Below are positions 39,726-41,410 of a DNA stretch of 41,410 nt, piece after piece. Made by a program: the position numbers and the translations under genes. The DNA is from an uncultured archaeon. Lineage in GTDB: Archaea > Asgardarchaeota > Thorarchaeia > Thorarchaeales > Thorarchaeaceae. The notes under the pieces are model-generated. The model was not told the DNA's origin, ran no database searches, and worked only from the letters and a program-made list of their open reading frames with translations. The stretch lies in NCBI GenBank assembly GCA_964610875.1, contig CAZSWP010000033.1, forward strand, positions 1-41,410. The letters run 5' to 3'. Every line of letters begins with the position of its first letter. Within the stretch, counting starts at the first letter, position 1.

Positions 39726-41288
39726 ATGCAGTTAGAACTACTATTTCCATCTGAGTACTCAGTTGTCATGCCAATACTCCTACCCATTGCATTCGCCATG
39801 CTGGCTGCAGCATTATCATCGCTATCCTTTGTTGGTCTGAAAAGAATACCAAAAGGACTTCCAGATCTCATTGCAGTGTTTGGATTTGGACTCACCTTTG
39901 TCTACATCTACATGCTTGCTCTCGATGTCTGGGCAGCTGGCCCACAGACCTTTGTCTGGTCCTCATTTGGTGGGCCCTTAGGGTCAGTCATGGTTGTGGA
40001 TCAATTCTCCATCATGTTGCAGGGACTCTTCGTCTTCATGGGCCTCGTTGTCGCCCTCTATTCCATTGGATACATGAGTCATGACACAGGCTTGACACAA
40101 TACTATGTCCTCCTCCTCATCATGGTGGGAGCAATGAATGGTGTTGTTGCCTCTGGTGACATGTTCACACTCTTCCTCTTCTATGAGACCATGGGTCTCT
40201 CAAGCTTCATACTAGTTGCGTTCAGAAGGACTTGGGAAGGCATCGAGGCAGCTATCAAGTATTTGATGATGTCAGCCGTTGGGTCAACTCTCGTCCTGTT
40301 CTCAGCGAGCTATCTCTATGGTATGACAGGTACCCTGAACTTGGGTGCAATGTCCGTTGCTCTTACGAGTGCAGGGTCTGACCCGCTTTTGCCAATCCTT
40401 GTAGCTCTCATGACTGCAGGCTTTGGTGTCAAGGGTGCAGTTGTACCCTTTGCCGCTTGGCTTGCAGATGCTCATCCAGCAGCACCTAGCGGTATCAGTG
40501 CTATGCTTTCTGGTGTTGTCATCAAAGTGGGTGTCTATGGTATAGTGCGGATGAATGCTACTCTCTTTCCAGTTGCTGTAGCTACTGTCAATTGGCCACT
40601 ACTCCTCGCAATATTTGCGATAGTGACCATGACAGCAGGCAACTTCTGGGCCCTTACCCAGACCGATCTCAAGAGAATGCTTGCCTACAGTTCAATAACA
40701 CAGATTGGATTCATTCTCTTTGCCTTCGGGACGGCTACAGAGTTTGGTTTCCAGACTGGGAGTTTCTACATAATAAGCCACGCCTTAACAAAGGGTCTGT
40801 TGTTCCTTTGCGCAGGAGCATTCCTGCATGCAATTGGTTCAAGAGACCTCGGAGACCTAGAAGGCATAGGAAAGAAGATGCCCATTGCTGGCGGTTTCTT
40901 TGCCATCGGTGTGTTGTCCTTGATGGGAATGCCACCGTTCGCAGGCTTCTATGCCAAGTTCTTGGTCCTCGCGGCTGGTGCTGATGCTGGTATCAGCGGT
41001 GGATACTACCTCTTGTTCACTTTCATAGCCATCTTCAATGCAATACTTGGACTTGGCTACTATCTGAAGATGTTACAGGTGGTCTGGTTCAAGGAGCCCT
41101 CAGCGGCGGTACAGAGTGCGCATCGTTCTGGAATCTCTATGATCGTAGGAATGAGCCTGCTTGCTATCGCTCTGATTGCGATAGGTATCTATCCTGGACC
41201 AATCTACAGTATTGCCGAGTCTGCGGGTAGTGCGCTCTACAATTTTGGTGATTATGTATCAAAGATTCTAAATGTTGGAGTTCCCTGA
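39726..41288 (+). CDS. MrpD/MbhH/NuoN-like antiporter subunit
   Basis: FYETM, EAAIKY, GVKGA.VPF..WLADAHPAAPSGISAMLSG, IKVG.YG, DLKRMLAYSS, SHALTKG, FYAKF. ATG at 39726 follows GGAGG (ORF track start 39663 overlaps nuoM). Confidence 0.88.
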   Translation: MQLELLFPSEYSVVMPILLPIAFAMLAAALSSLSFVGLKRIPKGLPDLIAVFGFGLTFVYIYMLALDVWAAGPQTFVWSSFGGPLGSVMVVDQFSIMLQGLFVFMGLVVALYSIGYMSHDTGLTQYYVLLLIMVGAMNGVVASGDMFTLFLFYETMGLSSFILVAFRRTWEGIEAAIKYLMMSAVGSTLVLFSASYLYGMTGTLNLGAMSVALTSAGSDPLLPILVALMTAGFGVKGAVVPFAAWLADAHPAAPSGISAMLSGVVIKVGVYGIVRMNATLFPVAVATVNWPLLLAIFAIVTMTAGNFWALTQTDLKRMLAYSSITQIGFILFAFGTATEFGFQTGSFYIISHALTKGLLFLCAGAFLHAIGSRDLGDLEGIGKKMPIAGGFFAIGVLSLMGMPPFAGFYAKFLVLAAGADAGISGGYYLLFTFIAIFNAILGLGYYLKMLQVVWFKEPSAAVQSAHRSGISMIVGMSLLAIALIAIGIYPGPIYSIAESAGSALYNFGDYVSKILNVGVP

Positions 41289-41315
41289 TCAGGAACTCCA
41301 TCCATTGTTTTTATT
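41276..41315 (+). terminator. Hairpin plus T-tract at the end of the membrane-arm operon
   Basis: TGGAGTTCC (41276-41284) / GGAACTCCA (41292-41300) 9-bp inverted repeat spanning the stop codon, followed by TTGTTTTTATT. Confidence 0.55.
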
Positions 41316-41410
41316 CAGTAAAATTACAGTATGACTTCATTTTTTGCAGAACTGGAGGTTTTCCAGATCAGCTCTCTGTAGCGACCCGCATAAGGCTTAT
41401 TTTGACAAAA

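Noticed and set aside
547-40984. Numerous 60-185 aa ORFs overlapping the main genes, antisense or in alternate frames
   Set aside because: All lie within well-supported CDSs and show no recognisable motifs or translation signals.
1-41410. tRNA, rRNA, CRISPR array, IS/transposase, integrase
   Set aside because: Intergenic gaps are short (under 300 bp) with no cloverleaf or periodic repeats seen by eye, and no ORF shows recombinase or transposase motifs. A tRNAscan/Infernal run would be needed to exclude small RNAs.

Overview
Archaeal chromosomal window with no rRNA, tRNA, CRISPR array or transposase visible. An Asgard (Thorarchaeia-like) origin is inferred, not proven, from the archaeal ApgM, TATA-like promoters and a longin-like protein. 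(1) About 1-20.2 kb is an AT-rich (spot counts near 30% GC) surface-glycan island. It holds four GT4s, two GT2s (one Dol-P-sugar synthase-like), three GT-C-type membrane proteins, a Wzx-type flippase, a plant-like GT75/RGP (UDP-arabinopyranose mutase family) protein, a UDP-sugar 6-dehydrogenase and a ColD-like dehydratase plus Fcl/ColC-like reductase pair suggesting GDP-colitose-type chemistry. (2) A higher-GC lower-glycolysis block (pyk divergent from eno-apgM) is followed by an SDR and a second, same-length copy of the dehydrogenase. (3) A core-like region (spot counts near 47% GC) encodes a Cys-rich Fe-S protein, a squalene/phytoene-synthase-fold enzyme, a translationally coupled MinD/ParA ATPase plus longin-winged-helix pair (the best candidate for an undescribed system), a variant peptide deformylase, a UPF0182 membrane protein, a 4-epimerase, and a stand-alone Mrp/complex I mosaic membrane-arm operon ending in a hairpin. 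All family calls come from motif recognition by eye; no searches were run.
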